Shown piece after piece: positions 26,601 to 39,600 of a stretch of DNA of 64,000 nucleotides. Below the pieces are notes generated by a model. The model did no database searches, was not told the origin of the DNA, and worked only from the letters and a program-made list of their open reading frames with translations. Numbering within the stretch: position 1 is the stretch's first letter; the number at the start of each line of letters is the position of its first letter. Made by a program: the position numbers and the translations under genes. The DNA comes from Bispira polyomma (lineage: Eukaryota), in the NCBI GenBank assembly GCA_965649765.1, contig OZ287753.1, forward strand, positions 62,682,001 through 62,746,000, written 5' to 3'.

Positions 26601-29600
26601 GAAGATCCAAATATTGTAACAAAGACTACAGAAAGAGAAGAGGAAGAAACACTAGATGATGGAACATGGATGAAAAGGAAGGTCATTACCAAGACATGTA
26701 CCTTAATGTCAAAGGGGGACTCACCACAACCTGAAGAAGCATCACCTGGTCATGAAATTGCAGAGAAGGACATTTTGACTGACACAGACATTTCAGAGCC
26801 TGTCAGTGACCAGCAGATGGAACCGATTGTTGAGGAATACCCTGGAGAAATGGATAAAAGAACTGATGTTGAAGATTTGGATGATATTAGAGATGATGGC
26901 ACCCAAGTAAAAAGGAGAATTGTGATTGTTACACACTTTCAAAGAGTCACTAGAAGAACTGTGATTGAAAATACTGAAAGAACTGAAGAAGTAGAGAAAC
27001 CAATAGGAACTGAAATATTGGAGACCATTGTTGAACTGGGTCCGGGTGTAGAAAGCCAGGATGATGAAGGAACTGTGAAGAAAACAACGGAGAAAGAGGA
27101 GGAAGAAACTCTTGAAGATGGTACTTGGTTACAAAAGAAAACAACTACAACAAGTGTTTCATTACTTGAAAAGCCAGTATCACCAGAGGATGCACAGATG
27201 GTACAGGGTCCTGCTGAGTTTGAGAAAGAGGAGATAGAAGGTGCATTTGTTGATGCTGTGAATAGCACGGAAATGGTAGATTCAAGAGAAGAACCTAAAG
27301 CAGTGATTCAAGAGATTCCTGGTGATGTGGAAAGCAGCATTAATGAGAGTGAGACTGAAAATTTTAGGGATGATGGTACAAAGATAAAAACAAAATCTGT
27401 AGTAAAGAAGTACTTCCAAGTAGTTACCCTAAAGAAAGTTGGTGATGATTCAGATGAGACAGAGGTCATAGAAAAACCAGTGGGTACCGAAGTTACAGAA
27501 GACATTGTTGAACTTGAACCAGGTGTTGAAAGTTCAGAAGATCCAAACGTTGTCACAAAGACTACAGAAAGAGAAGAGGAAGAAACACTAGATGATGGAA
27601 CATGGATGAAAAGGAAGGTCATTACCAAGACATGTACCTTAATATCAAAGGGGGTCTCACCACAACCCGAAGAAGCATCACCTGGTCATGAAATTGAAGA
27701 GAAGGATATTTTGACTGTCACAGACATTTCAGAGCCTGTCAGTGACCAGCAGATGGAACCGATTGTTGAGGAATACCCTGGAGAAATGGATAAAAGAACT
27801 GATGTTGAAGATTTGGATGATATTAGAGATGATGGCACCCAAGTAAAAAGGAGAATTGTGATTGTTACACACTTTCAAAGAGTCACTAGAAGAACTGTGA
27901 TTGAAAATACTGAAAGAACTGAAGAAGTAGAGAAACCAATAGGTACTGAAATATTGGAGACCATTGTTGAACTGGGTCCGGGTGTAGAAAGCCAGGATGA
28001 TGAAGGAACTGTGAAGAAAACAACGGAGAAAGAGGAGGAAGAAACTCTTGAAGATGGTACTTGGTTACAAAAGAAAACAACTACAACAAGTGTTTCATTA
28101 CTTGAAAAGCCAGTATCAGCAGAGGATGCAGAGATGGTACAGGGTCCTGCTGAGTTTGAGAAAGAGGAGATAGAAGGTGCATTTGTTGATGCTGTGAATA
28201 GCACGGAAATGGTAGATTCAAGAGAAGAACCTAAAGCAGTGATTCAAGAGATTCCTGGTGATGTGGAAAGCAGCATTAATGAGAGTGAGACTGAAAATTT
28301 TAGGGATGATGGTACAAAGATAAAAACAAAATCTGTAGTAAAGAAGTACTTCCAAGTAGTTACCCTAAAGAAAGTTGGTGATGATTCAGATGAGACAGAG
28401 GTCATAGAAAAACCAGTGGGTACCGAAGTTACAGAAGACATTGTTGAACTTGAACCAGGTGTTGAAAGTTCAGAAGATCCAAACGTTGTCACAAAGACTA
28501 CAGAAAGAGAAGAGGAAGAAACACTAGATGATGGAACATGGATGAAAAGGAAGGTCATTACCAAGACATGTACCTTAATATCAAAGGGGGTCTCACCACA
28601 ACCCGAAGAAGCATCACCTGGTCATGAAATTGAAGAGAAGGATATTTTGACTGTCACAGACATTTCAGAGCCTGTCAGTGACCAGCAGATGGAACCGATT
28701 GTTGAGGAATACCCTGGAGAAATGGATAAAAGAACTGATGTTGAAGATTTGGATGATATTAGAGATGATGGCACCCAAGTAAAAAGGAGAATTGTGATTG
28801 TTACACACTTTCAAAGAGTCACTAGAAGAACTGTGATTGAAAATACTGAAAGAACTGAAGAAGTAGAGAAACCAATAGGTACTGAAATATTGGAGACCAT
28901 TGTTGAACTGGGTCCAGGTGTAGAAAGCCAGGATGATGAAGGAACTGTGAAGAAAACAACGGAGAAAGAGGAGGAAGAAACTCTTGAAGATGGTACTTGG
29001 TTACAAAAGAAAACAACTACAACAACTGTTTCATTACTTGAAAAGCCAGTATCACCAGAGGATGCAGAGATGGTACAGGGTCCTGCTGAGTTTGAGAAAG
29101 AGGAGATAGAAGGTGCATTTGTTGATGCTGTGAATAGCACGGAAATGGTAGATTCAAGAGAAGAACCGGAAGCAGTGATTCAAGAGATTCCTGGTGATGT
29201 GGAAAGCAGCATTAATGAGAGTGAGACTGAAAATTTTAGGGATGATGGTACAAAGATAAAAACAAAATCTGTAGTAAAGAAGTACTTCCAAGTAGTTACC
29301 CTAAAGAAAGTTGGTGATGATTCAGATGAAACAGAGGTCGTAGAAAAACCAGTGGGTACCGAAGTTACAGAAGACATTGTGGAACTTGAACCAGGTGTTG
29401 AAAGTTCAGAAGATCCAAATATTGTAACAAAGACTACAGAAAGAGAAGAGGAAGAAACACTAGATGATGGAACATGGATGAAAAGGAAGGTCATTACCAA
29501 GACATGTACCTTAATGTCAAAGGGGGACTCACCACAACCTGAAGAAGCATCACCTGGTCATGAAATTGCAGAGAAGGACATTTTGACTGACACAGACATT

Positions 29601-32600
29601 TCAGAGCTTGTCAGTGACCAGCAGATGGAACCGATTGTTGAGGAATACCCTGGAGAAATGGATAAAAGAACTGATGTTGAAGATTTGGATGATATTAGAG
29701 ATGATGGCACCCAAGTAAAAAGGAGAATTGTGATTGTTACACACTTTCAAAGAGTCACTAGAAGAACTGTGATTGAAAATACTGAAAGAACTGAAGAAGT
29801 AGAGAAACCAATAGGAACTGAAATATTGGAGACCATTGTTGAACTGGGTCCAGGTGTAGAAAGCCAGGATGATGAAGGAACTGTGAAGAAAACAACGGAG
29901 AAAGAGGAGGAAGAAACTCTTGAAGATGGTACTTGGTTACAAAAGAAAACAACTACAACAAGTGTTTCATTACTTGAAAAGCCAGTATCACCAGAGGATG
30001 CAGAGATGGTACAGGGTCCTGCTGAGTTTGAGAAAGAGGAGATTGAAGGTGCATTTGTTGATGCTGTGAATAGCACGGAAATGGTAGATTCAAGAGAAGA
30101 ACCTAAAGCAGTGATTCAAGAGATTCCTGGTGATGTGGAAAGCAGCATTAATGAGAGTGAGACTGAAAATTTTAGGGATGATGGTACAAAGATAAAAACA
30201 AAATCTGTAGTAAAGAAGTACTTCCAAGTAGTTACCCTAAAGAAAGTTGGTGATGATTCAGATGAGACAGAGGTCATAGAAAAACCAGTGGGTACCGAAG
30301 TTACAGAAGACATTGTTGAACTTGAACCAGGTGTTGAAAGTTCAGAAGATCCAAACGTTGTCACAAAGACTACAGAAAGAGAAGAGGAAGAAACACTAGA
30401 TGATGGAACATGGATGAAAAGGAAGGCCATTACCAAGACATGTACCTTAATATCAAAGGGGGTCTCACCACAACCCGAAGAAGCATCACCTGGTCATGAA
30501 ATTGAAGAGAAGGATATTTTGACTGTCACAGACATTTCAGAGCCTGTCAGTGACCAGCAGATGGAACCGATTGTTGAGGAATACCCTGGAGAAATGGATA
30601 AAAGAACTGATGTTGAAGATTTGGATGATATTAGAGATGATGGCACCCAAGTAAAAAGGAGAATTGTGATTGTTACACACTTTCAAAGAGTCACTAGAAG
30701 AACTGTGATTGAAAATACTGAAAGAACTGAAGAAGTAGAGAAACCAATAGGTACTGAAATATTGGAGACCATTGTTGAACTGGGTCCGGGTGTAGAAAGC
30801 CAGGATGATGAAGGAACTGTGAAGAAAACAACGGAGAAAGAGGAGGAAGAAACTCTTGAAGATGGTACTTGGTTACAAAAGAAAACAACTACAACAAGTG
30901 TTTCATTACTTGAAAAGCCAGTATCAGCAGAGGATGCAGAGATGGTACAGGGTCCTGCTGAGTTTGAGAAAGAGGAGATAGAAGGTGCATTTGTTGATGC
31001 TGTGAATAGCACGGAAATGGTAGATTCAAGAGAAGAACCTAAAGCAGTGATTCAAGAGATTCCTGGTGATGTGGAAAGCAGCATTAATGAGAGTGAGACT
31101 GAAAATTTTAGGGATGATGGTACAAAGATAAAAACAAAATCTGTAGTAAAGAAGTACTTCCAAGTAGTTACCCTAAAGAAAGTTGGTGATGATTCAGATG
31201 AGACAGAGGTCATAGAAAAACCAGTGGGTACCGAAGTTACAGAAGACATTGTTGAACTTGAACCAGGTGTTGAAAGTTCAGAAGATCCAAACGTTGTCAC
31301 AAAGACTACAGAAAGAGAAGAGGAAGAAACACTAGATGATGGAACATGGATGAAAAGGAAGGTCATTACCAAGACATGTACCTTAATATCAAAGGGGGTC
31401 TCACCACAACCCGAAGAAGCATCACCTGGTCATGAAATTGAAGAGAAGGATATTTTGACTGTCACAGACATTTCAGAGCCTGTCAGTGACCAGCAGATGG
31501 AACCGATTGTTGAGGAATACCCTGGAGAAATGGATAAAAGAACTGATGTTGAAGATTTGGATGATATTAGAGATGATGGCACCCAAGTAAAAAGGAGAAT
31601 TGTGATTGTTACACACTTTCAAAGAGTCACTAGAAGAACTGTGATTGAAAATACTGAAAGAACTGAAGAAGTAGAGAAACCAATAGGTACTGAAATATTG
31701 GAGACCATTGTTGAACTGGGTCCGGGTGTAGAAAGCCAGGATGATGAAGGAACTGTGAAGAAAACAACGGAGAAAGAGGAGGAAGAAACTCTTGAAGATG
31801 GTACTTGGTTACAAAAGAAAACAACTACAACAAGTGTTTCATTACTTGAAAAGCCAGTATCACCCAAGGATGCAGAGATGGTACAGGGTCCTGCTGAGTT
31901 TGAGAAAGAGGAGATAGAAGGTGCATTTGTTGATGCTGTGGATAGCACGGAAATGGTAGATTCAAGAGAAGAACCTGAAGCAGTGATTCAAGAGATACCT
32001 GGTGATGTAGAAAGCAGCATTGATGAGAGTGAGACTGAATATATTAGGGATGATGGTACAAAGATAAAAACAAAATCTGTAGTAAAGAAGTACTTCCAAG
32101 TAGTTACCCTAAAGGAAGTTGGTAATGATTCAGATGAGACAGAGGTCATAGAAAAACCAGTGGGTACCGAAGTTACAGAAGACATTGTGGAACTTGAACC
32201 AGGTGTTGAAAGTTCAGAAGATCCAAACATTGTCACAAAGACTACAGAAAGAGAAGAGGAAGAAACACTAGATGATGGAACATGGATGAAAAGGAAGGTC
32301 ATTACCAAGACATGTACCTTAATATCAAAGGGGGTCTCACCACAACCCAAAGAAGCATCACCTGGTCATGAAATTGAAGAGAAGGATATTTTGACTGTCA
32401 CAGACATTTCAGAGCCTGTCAGTGACCAGCAGATGGAACCGATTGTTGAGGAATACCCTGGAGAAATGGATAAAAGAACTGATGTTGAAGATTTGGATGA
32501 TATTAGAGATGATGGCACCCAAGTAAAAAGGAGAATTGTGATTGTTACACACTTTCAAAGAGTCACTAGAAGAACTGTGATTGAAAATACTGAAAGAACT

Positions 32601-33408
32601 GAAGAAGTAGAGAAACCAATAGGTACTGAAATATTGGAGACCATTGTTGAACTGGATCCGGGTGTAGAAAGCCAGGATGATGAAGGAACTGTGAAGAAAA
32701 CAACAGAGAAAGAAGAGGAAGAAACTCTTGAAGATGGTACTTGGTTACAAAAGAAAACAACTACAACAAGTGTTTCATTACTTGAAAAGCCAGTATCACC
32801 CAAGGATGCACAGATGGTACAGGGTCCTACTGAGTTTGAGAAAGGGGAAATAGAAGGTGCATTTGTTGATGCTGTGGATAGCACGGAAATGGTAGATTCA
32901 AGAGAAGAACCTGAAGCAGTGATTCAAGAGATACCTGGTGATGTAGAAAACAGGATTAATGAGAGTGAGACTGAATATATTAGGGATGATGGTACAAAGA
33001 TAAAAACAAAATCTGTAGTAAAGAAGTACTTCCAAGTAGTTACCCCAAAGAAAATTGGTGATGGTTTAGATGAGACAGAGGTCATAGAAAAACCAGTGGG
33101 TATGGAAGTTACAGAAGACATTGTTGAACTTGAACCAGGTGTTGAAAGTCAGGAAGATTCAAATATTGTAACAAAGACTACAAAAAGACAAGAGGAAGAA
33201 ACACTAGATGATGGAACATGGGTGAAAACGAATGTCATTACCAAGACATGTACCTTAATGACAAAACAGAGGTCACCACAACATGAAAATGATCTGGGGA
33301 GTGAATATATTAGTACACAAAATGCAATGGCTGAGCAAGAAAAAAGTTTAGATGAATTAGGTCCAGTTACAGAGGATTTGGATGATGGAGCAGAGTTTGA
33401 CAATCAAG
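20641..33408 (+). CDS. Giant exon 1 (12,768 nt, 4,256 codons): 13 x 312-aa acidic repeats; putative giant ankyrin-like exon
   Basis: ORF 20628-33425; TTGCAG acceptor ending 20640; AAG|GTAAGC donor at 33408/33409; phase 1/1. Confidence 0.9.
21219..33280 (+). repeat. Coding tandem array, 936-nt unit x 13 (last unit truncated and diverged)
   Basis: GAATACCCTGG recurs every 936 nt (21219, 22155 ... 32451); shadow antisense ORFs share the period. Confidence 0.97.
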
Positions 33409-33674
33409 GTAAGCTTGTAAGGTAGTACCACAGTTGTAAGTGTTGTCTAGCTATTTATGAATGACATTGTGTGAAAGTTATTTAGTTGAACTAGCTGTGA
33501 AAGAATGTACGTACGGAAGGATATATTTGTCTGACAATATGTTGCATGTATGTTTATGTGAAACCATGTCCAACTAACCATCAAATTATCAAGATAAGTT
33601 TCTTTTCCCTGTCGCCCATATGCACTAATAAATAGTAAGGTTACGATGTAAGCCAATAAATGATACTTTTGTAG

Positions 33675-36600
33675 GTGTAGATGCCGATGTAGCTGTTCAT
33701 ATTTATACAGATAGAATTGAAGGGGAACCAGAAACTGAAATTCAAGAATTGGAGGAAATTTTACCAGATGGCACAGTTGTTAAAAGACGTATAATTAGGA
33801 AGAAACAAAGTGAAACAATAGTAAAGCGTGTTGTAACAGAGTCATATGATGAAGAAGGTCAAAGTCTTCCTGAAAGCACAGAGATTTGTGGTGTTACTCT
33901 TGAGGAAGAGCCAGAAACAGATGTACAAGAATTTGATGAAGTATTGCCTGATGGTACTATTGTCAAGAGAAAAATTATCAAAACAAGAAGAACTGTTGTC
34001 AAGAAAATAATTTCAGAAGGTGAGGAAGTTATTCTTTCAGGTGCTGATGAATCCATAATGGCTGATGAAAAGGCACCCGTAGTGATGTTACCTGAGATTA
34101 GAGAAGGGGAAGTTGAAACCAGATCAGACACACAAGTAACTGAAGAAACAACAGATAATGGAACATACATCAAAAAGACCATTGTAACCACAATTCATTT
34201 CAAGCCAGTTGAAACCATTAGTGTACATGATGGAGTAAAAAAGGTAGAACAGACAGAAAAGCCAGTTGGCACAGAAATCAATGAGAATATTCTCCAGTTA
34301 GGGCCGGGAGTCGAAAGTCCAGATGCTGATAATGTCGACAAGAAAACTTCAGTGAAAGAAAGAGAGGATACTACTAATGAAGGAACGTGGGTAAAACATA
34401 AGATCACAACAGTTACAATAACATCCTTGAGAGTCACTGAGGCACCAGTATCAGAGCAGCTGAAACCATCAGAGCAGTTACGTGATGTAGTTGAAGATAT
34501 CATAGCTGGAGAATGTATGATGGTTGATGAAAGTGCTCCAGTAATGATGCCACCTGAGGTCAGAGAAGGGGATGTTGACACCAGATCGGACACACAAGTA
34601 ACTGAAGAAACAAAGGATGATGGAACATACATCCAAAGGACCATTGTAACCACAAGTCATTTTAAGCCAGTTGAAATCATTAGTGTACATGATGGAGTAG
34701 AAAAGGTGGAACAGACAGAAAAGCCAGTTGGCACAGAAATCAATGAGAATATTCTCCAGTTGGGGCCGGGAGTCGAAAGTCCAGATGCTGATAATGTTGA
34801 AAAGAAAACCTCAGTTAAAGAACAACAGGAAAGTACTAGTGAAGGAACTTGGATAAAGCATAAGATCACAACAGTTACAGTAACATCTTTAAGAGTCACT
34901 GATGCACCAATAGAAGAACAGCTCAAATCATCAGACCAGTCAACTGATGTAGAAGATATCATGGCTAGAGAATCTATGATGGTTGATGAAAGTGCTCCAG
35001 TAATGATGCCACCTGAGGTCAGAGAAGGGGATATTGACATCAGATCAGACACACAAGTAACTGAAGATACAAAGGATGATGGAACATACATCAAAAGGAC
35101 CATTGTGACCACAAGTCATTTCAAGCCAGTTGAAACCATTAGTGTACATGATGGAGTAGAAAAGGTGGAACAGACAGAAAAGCCAGTTGGCACAGAAATC
35201 AATGAGAATATTCTCCAGTTAGGGCCGGGAGTCGAAAGTCCAGATGCTGATAATGTTGAAAAGAAAACTTCAGTGAAAGAAAGAGAGGAAAGTACTAGTG
35301 AAGGAACTTGGGTAAGGCATAAGATCACAACAGTTACCGTAACATCTTTAAGAGTCACTGATGCACCAGTAGAAGAACAGCTCAAACCATCAGACCAGTC
35401 AACTGATGTAGAAGATATCATGGCTAGAGAATCTATGATGGTTGATGAAAGTGCTCCAGTAATGATGCCACCTGAGGTCAGAGAAGGGGATATTGACACC
35501 AGATCAGACACACAAGTAACTGAAGATACAAAGGATGATGGAACATACATCAAAAGGACCATTGTGACCACAAGTCATTTCAAGCCAGTTGAAACCATTA
35601 GTGTACATGATGGAGTAGAAAAGGTGGAACAGACAGAAAAGCCAGTTGGCACAGAAATCAATGAGAATATTCTCCAGTTGGGGCCAGGAGTCGAAAGTCC
35701 GGATGCTGATAATGTTGAAAAGAAAACTTCAGTGAAAGAAAGAGAGGAAAGTACTAGTGAAGGAACTTGGGTAAAGCACAAGATCACAACAGTTACAGTA
35801 ACATCTTTAAGAGTCGCTGATGCACCAATAGAAGAACAGCTGAAAGAAGGGGATGTTGAAACCAGATCAGATACACAAGTAACTGAGGAAACAAAGGATG
35901 ATGGAACTTACATCCAAAGGACCATTGCAACCACAAGTTATTTCAAGCCAGTTGAAACCATTAGTGTACATGATGGAGTAGAAAAGGTGGAACAGACAGA
36001 AAAGCCAGTTGGCACAGAAATCAATGAGAATATTCTCCAGTTAGGGCCGGGAGTCGAAAGTCCAGATGCTGATAATGTTGAAAAGAAAACTTCAGTGAAA
36101 GAAAGACAGGAAAGTACTAGTGAAGGAACTTGGGTAAGGCATAAGATCACAACAGTTACCGTAACATCTTTAAGAGTCACTGATGCACCAGTAGAAGAAC
36201 AGCTCAAACCATCAGACCAGTCAACTGATGTAGAAGATATCATGGCTAGAGAATCTATGATGGTTGATGAAAGTGCTCCAGTAATGATGCCACCTGAGGT
36301 CAGAGAAGGGGATATTGACACCAGATCAGACACACAAGTAACTGAAGATACAAAGGATGATGGAACATACATCAAAAGGACCATTGTGACCACAAGTCAT
36401 TTCAAGCCAGTTGAAACCATTAGTGTACATGATGGAGTAGAAAAGGTGGAACAGACAGAAAAGCCAGTTGGCACAGAAATCAATGAGAATATTCTCCAGT
36501 TGGGGCCAGGAGTCGAAAGTCCGGATGCTGATAATGTTGAAAAGAAAACTTCAGTGAAAGAAAGAGAGGAAAGTACTAGTGAAGGAACTTGGGTAAAGCA

Positions 36601-39600
36601 CAAGATCACAACAGTTACAGTAACATCTTTAAGAGTCGCTGATGCACCAATAGAAGAACAGCTGAAAGAAGGGGATGTTGAAACCAGATCAGATACACAA
36701 GTAACTGAGGAAACAAAGGATGATGGAACTTACATCCAAAGGACCATTGCAACCACAAGTTATTTCAAGCCAGTTGAAACCATTAGTGTACATGATGGAG
36801 TAGAAAAGGTGGAACAGACAGAAAAGCCAGTTGGCACAGAAATCAATGAGAATATTCTCCAGTTAGGGCCGGGAGTCGAAAGTCCAGATGCTGATAATGT
36901 TGAAAAGAAAACTTCAGTGAAAGAAAGGGAGGAAAGTACCAGTGAAGGAACTTGGGTAAGGCATAAGATCACAACAGTTACAGTAACATCTTTAAGAGTC
37001 ACTGATGCACCAATAGAAGAACAGCTCAAACCATCAGACCAGTCAACTGATATAGAAGATATCATGGCTAGAGAATCTATGATGGTTGATGAAAGTGCTC
37101 CAGTAATGATGCCACCTGAGGTCAGAGAAGGGGATGTTGACACCAGATCAGACACACAAGTAACTGAAGATACAAAGGATGATGGAACATACATCAAAAG
37201 GACCATTGTGACCACAAGTTATTTCAAGCCAGTTGAAACCATTAGTGTACATGATGGAGTAGAAAAGGTGGAACAGACAGAAAAGCCAGTTGGCACAGAA
37301 ATCAATGAGAATATTCTCCAGTTGGGGCCGGGAGTCGAAAGTCCAGATGCTGATAATGTTGAAAAGAAAACTTCAGTGAAAGAAAGAGAGGAAAGTACCA
37401 GTGAAGGAACTTGGGTAAGGCATAAGATCACAACAGTTACAGTAACATCTTTAAGAGTCACTGATGCACCAATAGAAGAACAGCTCAAACCATCAGACCA
37501 GTCAACTGATGTAGAAGATATCATAGCTAGAGAATCTATGATGGTTGATGAAAGTGCTCCAGTAATGATGCCACCTGTGGTCAGAGAAGGGGATGTTGAC
37601 ACCAGATCAGACACACAAGTAACTGAAGATACAAAGGATGATGGAACATACATCAAAAGGACCATTGTGACCACAAGTCATTTCAAGCCAGTCAAATCCA
37701 TTAGTGTACATGATGGAGTAGAAAAGGTGGAACAGACAGAAAAGCCAGTTGGCACAGAAATCAATGAGAATATTCTCCAGTTAGGGCCGGGAGTCGAAAG
37801 TCCAGATGCTGATAATGTTGAAAAGAAAACTTCAGTGAAAGAAAGAGAGGAAAGTACTAATGAAGGAACTTGGGTAAAGCACAAGTTCACAACAGTTACA
37901 GTAACATCTTTAAGAGTCGGTGATGCACCAATAGAAGAACAGCTCATAGAAGGGGATGTTGAAACCAGATCAGATACACAAGTAACTGAGGAAACAAAGG
38001 ATGATGGAACATACATCCAAAGGACCATTGTGACCACAAGTTGTTTCAAGCCAGTTGAAACCATTAGTGTACATGATGGAGTAGAAAAAGTGGAACAGAC
38101 AGAAAAGCCAGTTGGCACAGAAATCAATGAGAATATTCTCCAGTTGGGGCCGGGAGTCGAAAGTCCGGATGCTGATAATGTTGAGAAGAAAATTTCAGTG
38201 AAAGAAAGAGAGGAAAGTACCAGTGAAGGAACTTGGGTAAAGCATAAGATCACAACAGTTACAGTTACATCTTTAAGAGTCACTGATGCACCAATAGAAG
38301 AACAGCTCAAACCATCAGACCAGTCAACTGATGTAGAAGATATCATGGCTAGAGAATCTATGGTGGTTGATGAAAGTGCTCCAGTAATGATGCCACCTGA
38401 GGTCAGAGAAGGGGATGTTGACACCAGATCAGACACACAAGTAACTGAAGATACAAAGGATGATGGAACATACATCAAAAGGACCATTGTGACCACAAGT
38501 CATTTCAAGCCAGTTGAAACCATTACTGTACATGATGGAGTAGAAAAGGTGGAACAGACAGAAAAGCCAGTTGGCACAGAAATCAATGAGAATATTCTCC
38601 AGTTGGGGCCGGGAGTCGAAAGTCCAGATGCTGATAATGTTGAAAAGAAAACTTCAGTGAAAGAAAGAGAGGAAAGTACCAGTGAAGGAACTTGGGTAAG
38701 GCATAAGATCACAACAGTTACAGTAACATCTTTAAGAGTCACTGATGCACCAATAGAAGAACAGCTCAAACCATCAGACCAGTCAACTGATGTAGAAGAT
38801 ATCATAGCTAGAGAATCTATGATGGTTGATGAAAGTGCTCCAGTAATGATGCCACCTGTGGTCAGAGAAGGGGATGTTGACACCAGATCAGACACACAAG
38901 TAACTGAAGATGCAAAGGATGATGGAACATACATCAAAAGGACCATTGTGACCACAAGTCATTTCAAGCCAGTTGAAACCATTACTGTACATGATGGAGT
39001 AGAAAAGGTGGAACAGACAGAAAAGCCAGTTGGCACAGAAATCAATGAGAATATTCTCCAGTTGGGGCCGGGAGTCGAAAGTCCAGATGCTGATAATGTT
39101 GAAAAGAAAACTTCAGTGAAAGAAAGAGAGGAAAGTACCAGTGAAGGAACTTGGGTAAGGCATAAGATCACAACAGTTACAGTAACATCTTTAAGAGTCA
39201 CTGATGCACCAATAGAAGAACAGCTCAAACCATCAGACCAGTCAACTGATGTAGAAGATATCATAGCTAGAGAATCTATGATGGTTGATGAAAGTGCTCC
39301 AGTAATGATGCCACCTGAGGTCAGAGAAGGGGATGTTGACACCAGATCAGACACACAAGTAACTGAAGATACAAAGGATGATGGAACATACATCAAAAGG
39401 ACCATTGTGACCACAAGTCATTTCAAGCCAGTCAAATCCATTAGTGTACATGATGGAGTAGAAAAGGTGGAACAGACAGAAAAGCCAGTTGGCACAGAAA
39501 TCAATGAGAATATTCTCCAGTTAGGGCCGGGAGTCGAAAGTCCAGATGCTGATAATGTTGAAAAGAAAACTTCAGTGAAAGAAAGAGAGGAAAGTACTAA

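Noticed and set aside
20628-33749. TTG starts of the two giant ORFs as independent single-exon or bacterial adhesin-like genes
   Set aside because: Starts are artefacts of alternative start-codon calling; both ORFs are bounded by splice sites
35116-36760. 822-nt higher-order unit of exon 2 equals the 822-nt monomer of exon 3
   Set aside because: No sequence similarity seen between them; treated as a length coincidence
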